Assembly (NCBI GenBank): GCA_963676915.2 | Contig: CAXXVK010000052.1 | Span: 1 to 64,000 of the forward strand | Source: Myxococcota bacterium | GTDB lineage: Bacteria > Myxococcota_A > SURF-8 > G963663525 | Length of the DNA stretch: 64,000 bases | Direction of reading: 5' to 3' | Shown here: piece by piece, positions 1 to 8,813 of the stretch | How the letters are laid out: each line of letters begins with the position of its first letter | Numbering within the stretch: position 1 is the first letter of the stretch | The notes under the pieces: model-generated | Told to the model about the DNA's origin: nothing | Database searches by the model: none | What the model saw: the letters and a program-made list of their open reading frames with translations, nothing else | Translations under genes and position numbers: made by a program

Positions 1-984
1 GCCGATACCCTTTCCGGGATTCCCAAGAAAAAAGATTCCGCCGCCGAGCATCTTTCCGACCGTTGCTCCGGTATCCGCACTGCATTGAAAAGTCTCGTCA
101 CCTTCGAGGTTCCGGCCAGTGTCTATTGGTTGGACATCCGCCGACGCTCGGTTGGTTTGCACGCATCTCCCCTGGATGTCGCGCCGATTCTTCAAGAGGT
201 GATGTTCAACCGGGGACGCTCGCTGATATTCTGTTCAGCCACGCTTTCGGAAGGCGGCTCTTGCGACTATTTTAAAAGTCGCCTGGGATTTCCCGAAGAG
301 GTGCGCGAAGAACTGTTCCAGTCGCCGTTCGACTACCGTACACGAAGCGTGCTGTATGTCCCGTCCCATTTTCCCGGATCACCCAACGAAGCTCCGTTTA
401 GGGAAAAAATGATCGAGGAAATCGCTTTCCTCGCCGGACTGGCCCAGGGAAGAACGCTCGCCTTATTCACGAGTTACGCAAACTTACGATTCGCCGCCGA
501 GCAATTGGGGGATGTTATCCCTTACCCGATCCTCTGCCAGGGAGACGCACCACGCGCCCAGCTTCTTGAAGAATTCCGCGACGAGCCGGAAACGGTTTTA
601 CTGGCGACAAGCAGTTTCTGGCAGGGCGTGGACGTGGAAGGCGACAGTCTGCGTTGCGTCGTGGTGGATCGTCTACCTTTCGAAGCTCCGGGAGAACCGG
701 TCACCGAAGCCCGAATCGAGCACCTGAAACAACAGGGAGCAAGTCCGTTTTTCTCCTACCAACTCCCCATGGCTTCCATTCGACTGAAACAGGGCTTGGG
801 GCGATTGATCCGCAGCATGGAGGATTGGGGCGTCATGGCGGTCTTGGACAGACGAATCGTACTGAAAAATTACGGCAAACGTTTTCGCGATTCTCTTCCC
901 GAAATCCCGCTTGTCCACAAGCCCGAGCAGGTACAAAGTTTCTGGAGACTGCGAAAACGTTTCGAAGATCTTCGAGAAGACTGA
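1..984 (+). CDS. dinG: DinG/YoaA-family ATP-dependent DNA helicase, C-terminal part (5' truncated by window)
   Basis: Frame open from base 1; motifs CSATL, SPFDY, LALFTSY, SFWQGVDV, RLPF, QGLGRLIR (helicase C2). Confidence 0.9.
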   Translation, partial: ADTLSGIPKKKDSAAEHLSDRCSGIRTALKSLVTFEVPASVYWLDIRRRSVGLHASPLDVAPILQEVMFNRGRSLIFCSATLSEGGSCDYFKSRLGFPEEVREELFQSPFDYRTRSVLYVPSHFPGSPNEAPFREKMIEEIAFLAGLAQGRTLALFTSYANLRFAAEQLGDVIPYPILCQGDAPRAQLLEEFRDEPETVLLATSSFWQGVDVEGDSLRCVVVDRLPFEAPGEPVTEARIEHLKQQGASPFFSYQLPMASIRLKQGLGRLIRSMEDWGVMAVLDRRIVLKNYGKRFRDSLPEIPLVHKPEQVQSFWRLRKRFEDLRED

Positions 985-997
985 ACGAGAGGACGGT

Positions 998-1899
998 ATG
1001 AGCCACCCCCATCACGGCCTTCGAATTCTGGCGGAAAAAGACGAAAAACTGCACGAAGCTCTCGATCCCGAGCTTTTACGCGAATGTCACGAAGGCTGGG
1101 CCGCCGATACGGACCATTTTTCTCCCTGGACACAAAACACACTCGAATCACTTGGCGTGGTTTACGAGTCAGTCGAAAAAAACTTCGAAACGTTGATCTG
1201 CGGCACGTGTACGTCTTCGTTCGATGTGGCTCGAAAAGCCATCGCCGCCAACGAACTCGGATATTGGGGTGGCGTGTTGGCCATCAATCAAACCCAGGGA
1301 CGTGGCCAGCGGGGACGAACCTGGATCTCACCGGCAGGCAATCTCTATGGTTCTCTGTTCTGGCCGAACCTTCCTCCGAAATGGCAAACGCTGATCCCGC
1401 TTATTACGGGTTTGTGCTGTGCGAAAGTGCTTGAATCCAAAGGACTTTCTCCCTCGCTCAAGTGGCCCAACGACATCTTGATCAACGGCCGCAAAGTCGG
1501 CGGCATTCTGGTGGAAGATCGCGGCGGCGATGTTCTGATGGCTTGGGAATGAATCTCGTTTCCGCACCGGATGACGCTTTGATGCGTTCTCATCGCGTAC
1601 TGCCAGCCGGAAAACTCTCGGATTTCGGCCTCATACCTCGTCCATTATCTCTCTGGAAAGACATCGTGCAGGAAATCCGGCGATTTTCAGAAGCAATCGA
1701 TAAAACCACCGATACACGTCCTTTCCTTGAAAATGTCGAGAAACGTCTTACCTTCTTAGGACAACGCATGATCATCCGTGATGCCGGTGAAGACGAATAC
1801 GAAGCGATATTGCTCGGTCTAAACGAATTCGGCGGTTTGCGAATTCGGCGGGGAAACCAAGAAACGGTTCTTTACTCGGCCAACGTTTTCCCTGTATAA
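998..1899 (+). CDS. birA: Biotin--protein ligase, split by one frameshift near 1540
   Basis: QTQGRGQRGRTW and KWPNDILINGRKVGGILVE in ORF 911..1552; GLGMNL and the C-terminal SH3-like part continue in ORF 1462..1899; directly upstream of pyc. No N-terminal HTH seen. Confidence 0.85.
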
Positions 1900-1900
1900 T
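1871..1900 (+). promoter_or_regulatory. Putative sigma70 promoter for pyc
   Basis: TTTACT-N18-TATAAT overlapping the birA stop. Confidence 0.4.
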
Positions 1901-1984
1901 CGAGTCCAAATCGAGTCCACCGTGGGGGAATTTTAGAATGTTTGCGCATTTTGTATGGAAATGCCTTCAAGATGGAGTTTTGCG

Positions 1985-4900
1985 ATGAAGCCGAAATCTT
2001 ACGAACAGATCCTTGAAGAAATCAAAGGGAAACCGATTCTCGTGGCCAACCGGGGTATTCCGGCCCGAAGAATCTGCCGTTCCATCCGCGAAACCCTGCT
2101 GGCGCTTCCTATCATGACCGCCACCGACGTGGACAAAATCAGCCCTCCGACGTCCGGTGCACGAGAACTTTTATTATTGGGTGAAAACCCGAGGGCGTAC
2201 CTCGATCTCGACCTGATTTTGCAAAAAGCCAAAAAACGAGGCGTGGTCGCCATTCATCCCGGCTGGGGATTTTTAGCCGAGGACGACTCTTTCCCCGAGC
2301 GCTGCGAGGAGGCGGGAATCATTTTTATCGGACCCTCCGCCGAAGCCATGCGCATGTTGGGCAACAAGGTCACGGTCCGCAACATAGCGAAAAAACTGGG
2401 AGTTCCCACCGTTCCCGGCTCCGAGGGAGCCGTAACCATCGAAGAAGCCCGCGAAGAAGCCAAACGTATCGGCTTTCCCATTATGCTCAAAGCGGAAGGC
2501 GGCGGCGGCGGTCGCGGTATCTACGAAGTTTTTTCCGAGGATCAGTTGGAAAACGCCTTCGAAAAAGCCAGTGCACTGGCGCAGGCGTCGTTCGGCAATC
2601 CCAGATTGTTTGTGGAAAAACTGCTGGTGGATGTCCGCCACATCGAAATTCAGGTCATCGCCGACCGTTACGGCAACATTTTCGCCTTCGACGAGCGCGA
2701 CTGCACCGTCCAGCGCAACCACCAGAAACTCGTCGAGATCACGCCGTCTCCCTGGCCGGGAATGACGGAACAGTTGCGCAGCCAGTTGAAAGCCTGGGCC
2801 GAAACCCTGGTACGCGATGTCGGCTATTATTCTCTGGCAACGGTCGAATACCTCGTGGAATCCGACGGCACACCCTATCTCATCGAAGTCAACACCCGCT
2901 TGCAGGTAGAGCACGGCATCACCGAGTGTCGCTACGGTCTGGATCTCGTCGAGGAACAGATCCTCGTCGCGTTGGGAGGAAAACTGCGCATCGGTCCGCA
3001 ACATTGCGCGTTCAATCACGCCATGCAGGTCCGTATCAACTGCGAAGATCCGCAAGAGGATTTCTCGCCCAACTCCGGCGAAATCACGCGCTATATTTCT
3101 CCCGGTGGTCAGGGAGTCCGGCTGGATTCCTGCGTCTCCGCCGGGTACGAATTCCCGCCCGATTACGACTCCGCCGCCTCTCTGCTGATCGCCTACGGAT
3201 CGAGCTGGCCGAAAATTCTCGGTATCATGGACCGGGCTTTGGGTGAATACCTGGTTTCCGGGGTGAAAACCACCATTCAGTATCAACGGAAAATCATCGA
3301 GAATCCGCGTTTTCGAAGTGGTGAATACTACACCAAGTTCATTTCCGAAACCCCTGAATTGACCAACTACACGTACAAACAACCTCAACCGTTGCGACTT
3401 TCGCGGATGATCTCCGAGATTTCGGCGAAAGGGTACAATCCGTTTGTAAAATTGGACGAATACCGGGGGAGAGAGGACAAACGCCTCGGTCGTTTCGACA
3501 TCATCTTACCCGAATACGATCCCGACAAAATCGAGCCGAAATATCCACGCAGGGACCGAAAAGCCCTGCTCGATCAGGTGCGAGACTCGGGAATCGTCCA
3601 CTTTACCGACACAACCACCCGTGACATCACGCAATCCAACAGCGGGAACCGCTTCCGTCTGGCCGAAGACAAACTTGTCGGCCCGTATCTCGACGAATGC
3701 GGCTTTTTCTCGTTGGAAAACGGCGGTGGCGCACATTTCCACGTTGCGATGCTGGCCAACATGACCTATCCCTTCAGTGAAGCGGAACAATGGAACACGT
3801 TCGCACCGAAAACACCGAAACAGATTCTTATCCGTTCCACCAATGTTTTGGGATACAAACCACAACCCCCGAACCTGATGCGCCTGACCGGCGAGCAGAT
3901 CTGCGAGCAGTACGAAATCATCCGTAGTTTCGATTTCCTCAACGATATCGAAAGCATGCGCCCCTTCGCCGAAGTGGCGCTTGCCTCGGACGCCAATGTT
4001 TTCGAACCGGCGATTTCGTTGAGTTGGGCCAAAGGCTTCGACGTTCCGCATTACATGTCGGTGGTGGAACGCATTCTCGACCTATGCGCGGACGTGGCGG
4101 GCGTCTCCACCCGTGAGGCCGCCCGACGGATCATCCTTGGTCTCAAAGACATGGCCGGAGTCTGCCCTCCCCGCTTCATGACCGAACTCGTTTCGCAGAT
4201 TCGCAAAAAATATCCGGAACTTATCGTACATTACCACCGGCATTACACCGACGGTCTTTTCGTTCCCGCCGTGGGTGCCGCCGCTGCTGCGGGGGCGCAT
4301 ATTGTGGATACCGGCATCGGAGCCGCCGTGCGTTGGTACGGCCAGGGCGAGGTACTTTCCACCGCCGCGTATATCGAAGACGAACTCGGGCTGAAAACCG
4401 ACCTCAACCGCGATATGATCCGCCAGACCGGCTTTGTCCTCAAGCAGATCATGCCCTATTACGACCGCTACACCGCACCGTATTTCCAGGGTATCGATTA
4501 CGATGTCATCGAGCACGGTATGCCGGGCGGAGCCACCTCGTCGTCCCAGGAAGGCGCGATGAAGCAGGGGTACATCCATCTTCTGCCGCACATGCTGCGC
4601 TTTCTGGCAGGAACCCGGAAAATCGTTCGTTACCACGACGTGACCCCCGGCTCGCAAATTACATGGAACACAGCATTTCTGGCCGTTACAGCCGCCTACA
4701 AACGCGGAAAAATGAAATCGGTGGAACGCCTGCTCGATGCACTGGACCTGGTGGTCAGCACCCCGGAAGAAGAACTTCCCGAAGACATCAAATCCTTCCG
4801 GCTTCGTTTTTACGAAGACAGCAACGATTCTTTCCGAAACCTGCTGTTGGGCCGATTCGGACGTCTTCCGCTTGGCTTCCCGCCGGACTGGGTGTATGAG

Positions 4901-5680
4901 AGCGCGTTCGGTCCCGAATACAAAAATGCATTGGAACAGCGAAGTGAAGCTTCGCCGCTCGACCGTGTGCCACCGGTGGACCTGGACGCCGAACACAAAA
5001 CGTTAGCCGATACGCTGCAACGGGAACCGACGCACGAAGAATTCGTGATGTACCTCAATCATCCGGGTGATGCATTGAAAACCATTGAATTTCGGGAGAC
5101 TTACGGCGATCCCAACCTTGTGCCGCTGGACATCTGGTTCGAAGGAATGGAAGTCGGTGAGGAACGGATTTTCCACGACCATTACGGCAAACCTCACCAA
5201 ATGACGATCAATCATATTTCGAAACCCAACCGGCGAGGCATCGCCGTGGTACGGTACACCCTCGATTCCGAACAACTCCTGTACGAAGTCAAAATAGCGG
5301 AGCCGGTCGGAGCCGCCCTGGATGGCGGCATGGAAATGGCCGATCCCGACAACCCCGACCACATCGGAGCGCCGGGTAACGGCGATCTGTGGATTATGCA
5401 TGTGCGACCGGGCGACGTGGTGCGAGAAGGACAGGAAATTTTCAACATCGCCATTATGAAACAGGAAAAAGCCGTCCTCGCACCGAAAAACGGCATCGTC
5501 AAGCGCGTACTGAAAAGTGCGGATTTCAAGAATGACAAGAAAATGGTGTCCGTCAAATCGGGTGAGCTGCTGGTGGAACTCGGAGACGTGGAAGCCTCCA
5601 CGAACTGTCCCAACTGCAACGCGACCCTGGCACGGAGCAACGCCAAATTCTGCGATCAGTGCGGCCACGAACTGACCTAG
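1985..5680 (+). CDS. pyc: Pyruvate carboxylase with C-terminal zinc ribbon
   Basis: Biotin carboxylase (ANRG, GGGGRG, RDCTVQRNHQK, EVNTRLQVEH), carboxyltransferase (DTTTRD, KDMAG, MPGG, VTPGS), biotinyl domain (IMKQ), terminal CPNC..CDQC. GGAG RBS before ATG 1985. Confidence 0.95.
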   Translation: MKPKSYEQILEEIKGKPILVANRGIPARRICRSIRETLLALPIMTATDVDKISPPTSGARELLLLGENPRAYLDLDLILQKAKKRGVVAIHPGWGFLAEDDSFPERCEEAGIIFIGPSAEAMRMLGNKVTVRNIAKKLGVPTVPGSEGAVTIEEAREEAKRIGFPIMLKAEGGGGGRGIYEVFSEDQLENAFEKASALAQASFGNPRLFVEKLLVDVRHIEIQVIADRYGNIFAFDERDCTVQRNHQKLVEITPSPWPGMTEQLRSQLKAWAETLVRDVGYYSLATVEYLVESDGTPYLIEVNTRLQVEHGITECRYGLDLVEEQILVALGGKLRIGPQHCAFNHAMQVRINCEDPQEDFSPNSGEITRYISPGGQGVRLDSCVSAGYEFPPDYDSAASLLIAYGSSWPKILGIMDRALGEYLVSGVKTTIQYQRKIIENPRFRSGEYYTKFISETPELTNYTYKQPQPLRLSRMISEISAKGYNPFVKLDEYRGREDKRLGRFDIILPEYDPDKIEPKYPRRDRKALLDQVRDSGIVHFTDTTTRDITQSNSGNRFRLAEDKLVGPYLDECGFFSLENGGGAHFHVAMLANMTYPFSEAEQWNTFAPKTPKQILIRSTNVLGYKPQPPNLMRLTGEQICEQYEIIRSFDFLNDIESMRPFAEVALASDANVFEPAISLSWAKGFDVPHYMSVVERILDLCADVAGVSTREAARRIILGLKDMAGVCPPRFMTELVSQIRKKYPELIVHYHRHYTDGLFVPAVGAAAAAGAHIVDTGIGAAVRWYGQGEVLSTAAYIEDELGLKTDLNRDMIRQTGFVLKQIMPYYDRYTAPYFQGIDYDVIEHGMPGGATSSSQEGAMKQGYIHLLPHMLRFLAGTRKIVRYHDVTPGSQITWNTAFLAVTAAYKRGKMKSVERLLDALDLVVSTPEEELPEDIKSFRLRFYEDSNDSFRNLLLGRFGRLPLGFPPDWVYESAFGPEYKNALEQRSEASPLDRVPPVDLDAEHKTLADTLQREPTHEEFVMYLNHPGDALKTIEFRETYGDPNLVPLDIWFEGMEVGEERIFHDHYGKPHQMTINHISKPNRRGIAVVRYTLDSEQLLYEVKIAEPVGAALDGGMEMADPDNPDHIGAPGNGDLWIMHVRPGDVVREGQEIFNIAIMKQEKAVLAPKNGIVKRVLKSADFKNDKKMVSVKSGELLVELGDVEASTNCPNCNATLARSNAKFCDQCGHELT

Positions 5681-5718
5681 TTCTCGGTTCGTAAGAAAGA
5701 AAAATCCTTCTTTCCCTC

Positions 5719-5746
5719 TTGCTCTTGAGAGTTTCGATGTTAATAT
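5719..5746 (+). promoter_or_regulatory. Putative extended -10 sigma70 promoter for desulfoferrodoxin
   Basis: TTGCTC-N16-TAATAT with TG at the extended position. Confidence 0.4.
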
Positions 5747-5882
5747 TGAATCACTTTGACAAGCGAGCCGGGAATTCGAAGTGCATTTTTGTTTTTCATC
5801 TTTTGTAATGGTTATTTAATAATCAACCCTTCAAAACGAACGTCTCGTTTGTTTCATTAACCGTATCGAGAGGAGGACCGAC

Positions 5883-6257
5883 ATGACGGAACGATGGCAA
5901 GTGTACAAGTGTGAACTTTGCGGAAATATGGTGGAAGTACTTCGCGCCGGTCCAGGTGAGCTGGTCTGCTGCGGTCAGGCGATGAAACTTCTCACCGAGA
6001 ACACCACGGACGCCGCAGTGGAAAAACACGTCCCGGTCGTGGAAAAAACCGACGATGGGTACAAAGTCAGCGTCGGCAGCGTGGACCATCCGATGGAAGA
6101 AAAACACTTCATCGAGTGGATCGAGCTGATTGCCGGTGACAAAAACTACCGCGAACACCTCAGCCCGGGACAAACGCCGCAAGCCTTCTTCAAAATCGAC
6201 GCCGACAACGTTACGGCGCGTGAATTCTGCAACCTGCACGGCCTGTGGAAAAAATGA
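5883..6257 (+). CDS. dfx: Desulfoferrodoxin (2Fe superoxide reductase)
   Basis: [11 protein letters not shown] desulforedoxin site; EKHVP, HPM..HFIEWI, CNLHGLW; AGGAGG RBS. Confidence 0.97.
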   Translation: MTERWQVYKCELCGNMVEVLRAGPGELVCCGQAMKLLTENTTDAAVEKHVPVVEKTDDGYKVSVGSVDHPMEEKHFIEWIELIAGDKNYREHLSPGQTPQAFFKIDADNVTAREFCNLHGLWKK

Positions 6258-6305
6258 TCGGCAAAGCAACGTCTCATAGTCATTAATGCACTATGAGGCA
6301 CTATG

Positions 6306-6335
6306 AAAAAACCCGCCTTTTCCGGCGGGTTTTTT
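6306..6335. terminator. Bidirectional intrinsic terminator
   Basis: AAAAAACCCGCC-tttcc-GGCGGGTTTTTT between convergent genes. Confidence 0.85.
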
Positions 6336-6355
6336 CATGGAAGTACAAGCAATAA

Positions 6356-6385
6356 GTAGGTCGGGCAAATTTCTTGCCCGACAAT
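6356..6385 (+). repeat. GTAG-type REP element
   Basis: GTAGGTCGGGCAAATTTCTTGCCCGACAAT, identical to 18753-18782. Confidence 0.8.
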
Positions 6386-6414
6386 ACCTGATTTTCGTTG
6401 TAGGTTCTCCAACC

Positions 6415-8658
6415 TTACTGTTCAATGACCTCGACGGAACCGATCATCAACCGGTTCTCTTTGTCTTTCATAGGATGAGCGCCAATCTTGTACCGCGTAT
6501 TGCCCTTGAACATCCCAATGAACACGTCGATCTTGCCTTTATCGATGTTAGCCGGAACGTCGATGCTGAAAACATCCTTGATGCATTCCCCAACCTTCCA
6601 GTTCGTCGTCGGATACATGTTGTCCGCCGGATGGTGATCGCCTCGTAGCCTGAACTGTGTATCGCGCTCGGCATGGATGAAAATCTCCATGTTCCGTCGA
6701 ACGGGACTGTTGGCTTTGAAGTAAAGAGTTATGTCCAGCGTTCCCCCGGCATCGATCTGCTCAGGATCGAGATTGTAGCCGTACAATTCGATGTTCTTTT
6801 CAATAACGGCGGGTGGCGAAAGTACATGCTCGGGTACCCAGCATTCTTCAGGCTCCCGTATGTATTTCTTTAATTTGGCTTCGCGCTCTTCAGGGGAAAC
6901 ACGGTCGCACTTGCCACTGTTATCGCAGTTGGATACGAGCCAGAATTCGGGCCGGTAGTCCTCGCCCTCCACGCGATCGTCCGAAAGTTTCACGAGTTTC
7001 TCACCGTCCGAAACCTCCTGCCACAAGGCGGAAAGCTTCTTGAAGTGCTTTTGCTTCTCTTCGATGATGATAAAGACCCGTTTTCCCTTGTATTTCTCGT
7101 AGAAACGACGAACCGAGCCAATATTGTCGTAGATCCGGTAGCGGCGATAGTCGTACTTTTTCCACAACTCGTTGAACGGCATGTAGTACTTGATACTGCG
7201 CGATTTCCAGGTTTGCGTGAATTCTCCGATGGGTTCTTCCGGTCCTTTGCGCAAGTCCAGGTAATCGGCCACCAACGAATCGGCAGAGAACATCTGCGTC
7301 AGCCTGGGAATCATCCGACCGTTGATATAGAAAGCATAGGCCATCATCAGCACCACAAGGGCGACCATCATGTGCTTGGTAAAACGGCGCATCGCCAAAG
7401 CTGCGACCATCACCGCGCCCCATAGCCAATAAATGATGCTGAAGAAGATTTCCGGGTTGGCGACATTGGGATGCCAGTCCTGGAGACGTTCCGTGGTGAT
7501 GAAATAGAAAATGATACGGTAGTTCTTTTTATCCAGCAGGTCCGGTGCGGCGACAATCAGAATCAGTAACGCCACCCAGATAGAAATCCGGTTGATAGCC
7601 TTTTGCTTGTCTTGTTCGAGCAGGTGATTGAGGTAATACCCAACCAGCACCGCCGCAAAAGGAATCACCGGAAAGATGTAATGCGGGAACTTGGTTTTGA
7701 TGGCGGAAAAGAAAGTGAAACACAGCACGAAACCGATCACCCACACGATTTCAAAGCTGCGATCCGCGCTTTTGCGATGCCATGGAATCGCCTTGGCCAA
7801 CGCCTGGGGCAAAAACGTCACCCACGGCAGGAAACCGATCGTGAAATACAACACGAACATCTGGAAAGTATCGTCGGGTTTGTCGAGTTTTCCCAACGAG
7901 CGTTCGACGTGATGATCGTAGAAAAACTTGATCAGGTAAGCGTCACCGAAACGGAAGGTCATGTAGGCGTACCAAGGCACGGCGATGGCTGAGAAAATCA
8001 GCAATCCCTTACCCATACGCATCCGCTTGAGCAATCCCCAGTCGGTCGTCAACAGGCAATAGAAAAACACCACGCCACCGGTCAACAAGATCGGTAGCAG
8101 ACCTTTCGCCAGGGCAGACAACCCCAGTAAAATATAGAAATAGTAGTAATACTTGGCTTTTCCTTCCTTTTCCCCCACGAATAGATACAAAATCGCCACC
8201 CACATGAAAATCAGAAATGGGGCATCGACCATAAATGCACGGGAAATCAAGAAATACGTCGGCGTGGTCAACAAGACGAACGAACTGATCAACGCCATAC
8301 GCTGGTTGTACAACCTACGAAGCAACAGGAAGGTCATCAGGAAGCCGTAAATACCTACCAAGGCTACGGGAATCCGCAACGTCCATTCACTGGTTCCGAA
8401 CAGCTTGGACAACGGATAGGCCAGCCAGAAAATCATGATCGGCTTCGACCAGAATTCCCCTCGTTTGGCGCCTTCGTCCGCACCCACCATACTTTTCGGG
8501 GTGATGGAATCTCCTTCCCCGACGGTCATTTCACGAACCACTTGTCCGTAATTGGGTTCCCACTGCATTTGAAGAGGAAACGTACCTACATTCCAAAGCA
8601 GCATCACGGCGGCTACGAGGAAAAGCACCCATGCAATTCGGCTTTCCGACTGACTCAT
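6415..8658 (-). CDS. ArnT/PMT-like GT-C membrane glycosyltransferase with C-terminal soluble Ig-like domain
   Basis: WEPNYGQVVREM, SKP, RIP, LAKG, HYIFP motifs; many TM helices; GGGAG RBS before ATG 8658. Confidence 0.85.
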   Translation of the reverse strand: MSQSESRIAWVLFLVAAVMLLWNVGTFPLQMQWEPNYGQVVREMTVGEGDSITPKSMVGADEGAKRGEFWSKPIMIFWLAYPLSKLFGTSEWTLRIPVALVGIYGFLMTFLLLRRLYNQRMALISSFVLLTTPTYFLISRAFMVDAPFLIFMWVAILYLFVGEKEGKAKYYYYFYILLGLSALAKGLLPILLTGGVVFFYCLLTTDWGLLKRMRMGKGLLIFSAIAVPWYAYMTFRFGDAYLIKFFYDHHVERSLGKLDKPDDTFQMFVLYFTIGFLPWVTFLPQALAKAIPWHRKSADRSFEIVWVIGFVLCFTFFSAIKTKFPHYIFPVIPFAAVLVGYYLNHLLEQDKQKAINRISIWVALLILIVAAPDLLDKKNYRIIFYFITTERLQDWHPNVANPEIFFSIIYWLWGAVMVAALAMRRFTKHMMVALVVLMMAYAFYINGRMIPRLTQMFSADSLVADYLDLRKGPEEPIGEFTQTWKSRSIKYYMPFNELWKKYDYRRYRIYDNIGSVRRFYEKYKGKRVFIIIEEKQKHFKKLSALWQEVSDGEKLVKLSDDRVEGEDYRPEFWLVSNCDNSGKCDRVSPEEREAKLKKYIREPEECWVPEHVLSPPAVIEKNIELYGYNLDPEQIDAGGTLDITLYFKANSPVRRNMEIFIHAERDTQFRLRGDHHPADNMYPTTNWKVGECIKDVFSIDVPANIDKGKIDVFIGMFKGNTRYKIGAHPMKDKENRLMIGSVEVIEQ

Positions 8659-8813
8659 TCGTCGCTCCCTATACGTAGAAGTCGAAACGAGGAAATTAAA
8701 GCCCATAAACTAGTATGGTTCGAAAGAAAATGTCAAACTCGATTCAAAAAACAATCTTTTCGGCATCGCATTATCAGACGTTATCGGTGGTCAAAAATTA
8801 GCAAGAACCCTCA

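Noticed and set aside
6273-6306. CTCATAGT..ACTATGAG hairpin and GCACTATGA duplication
   Set aside because: Short, single occurrence next to a terminator; no independent support.
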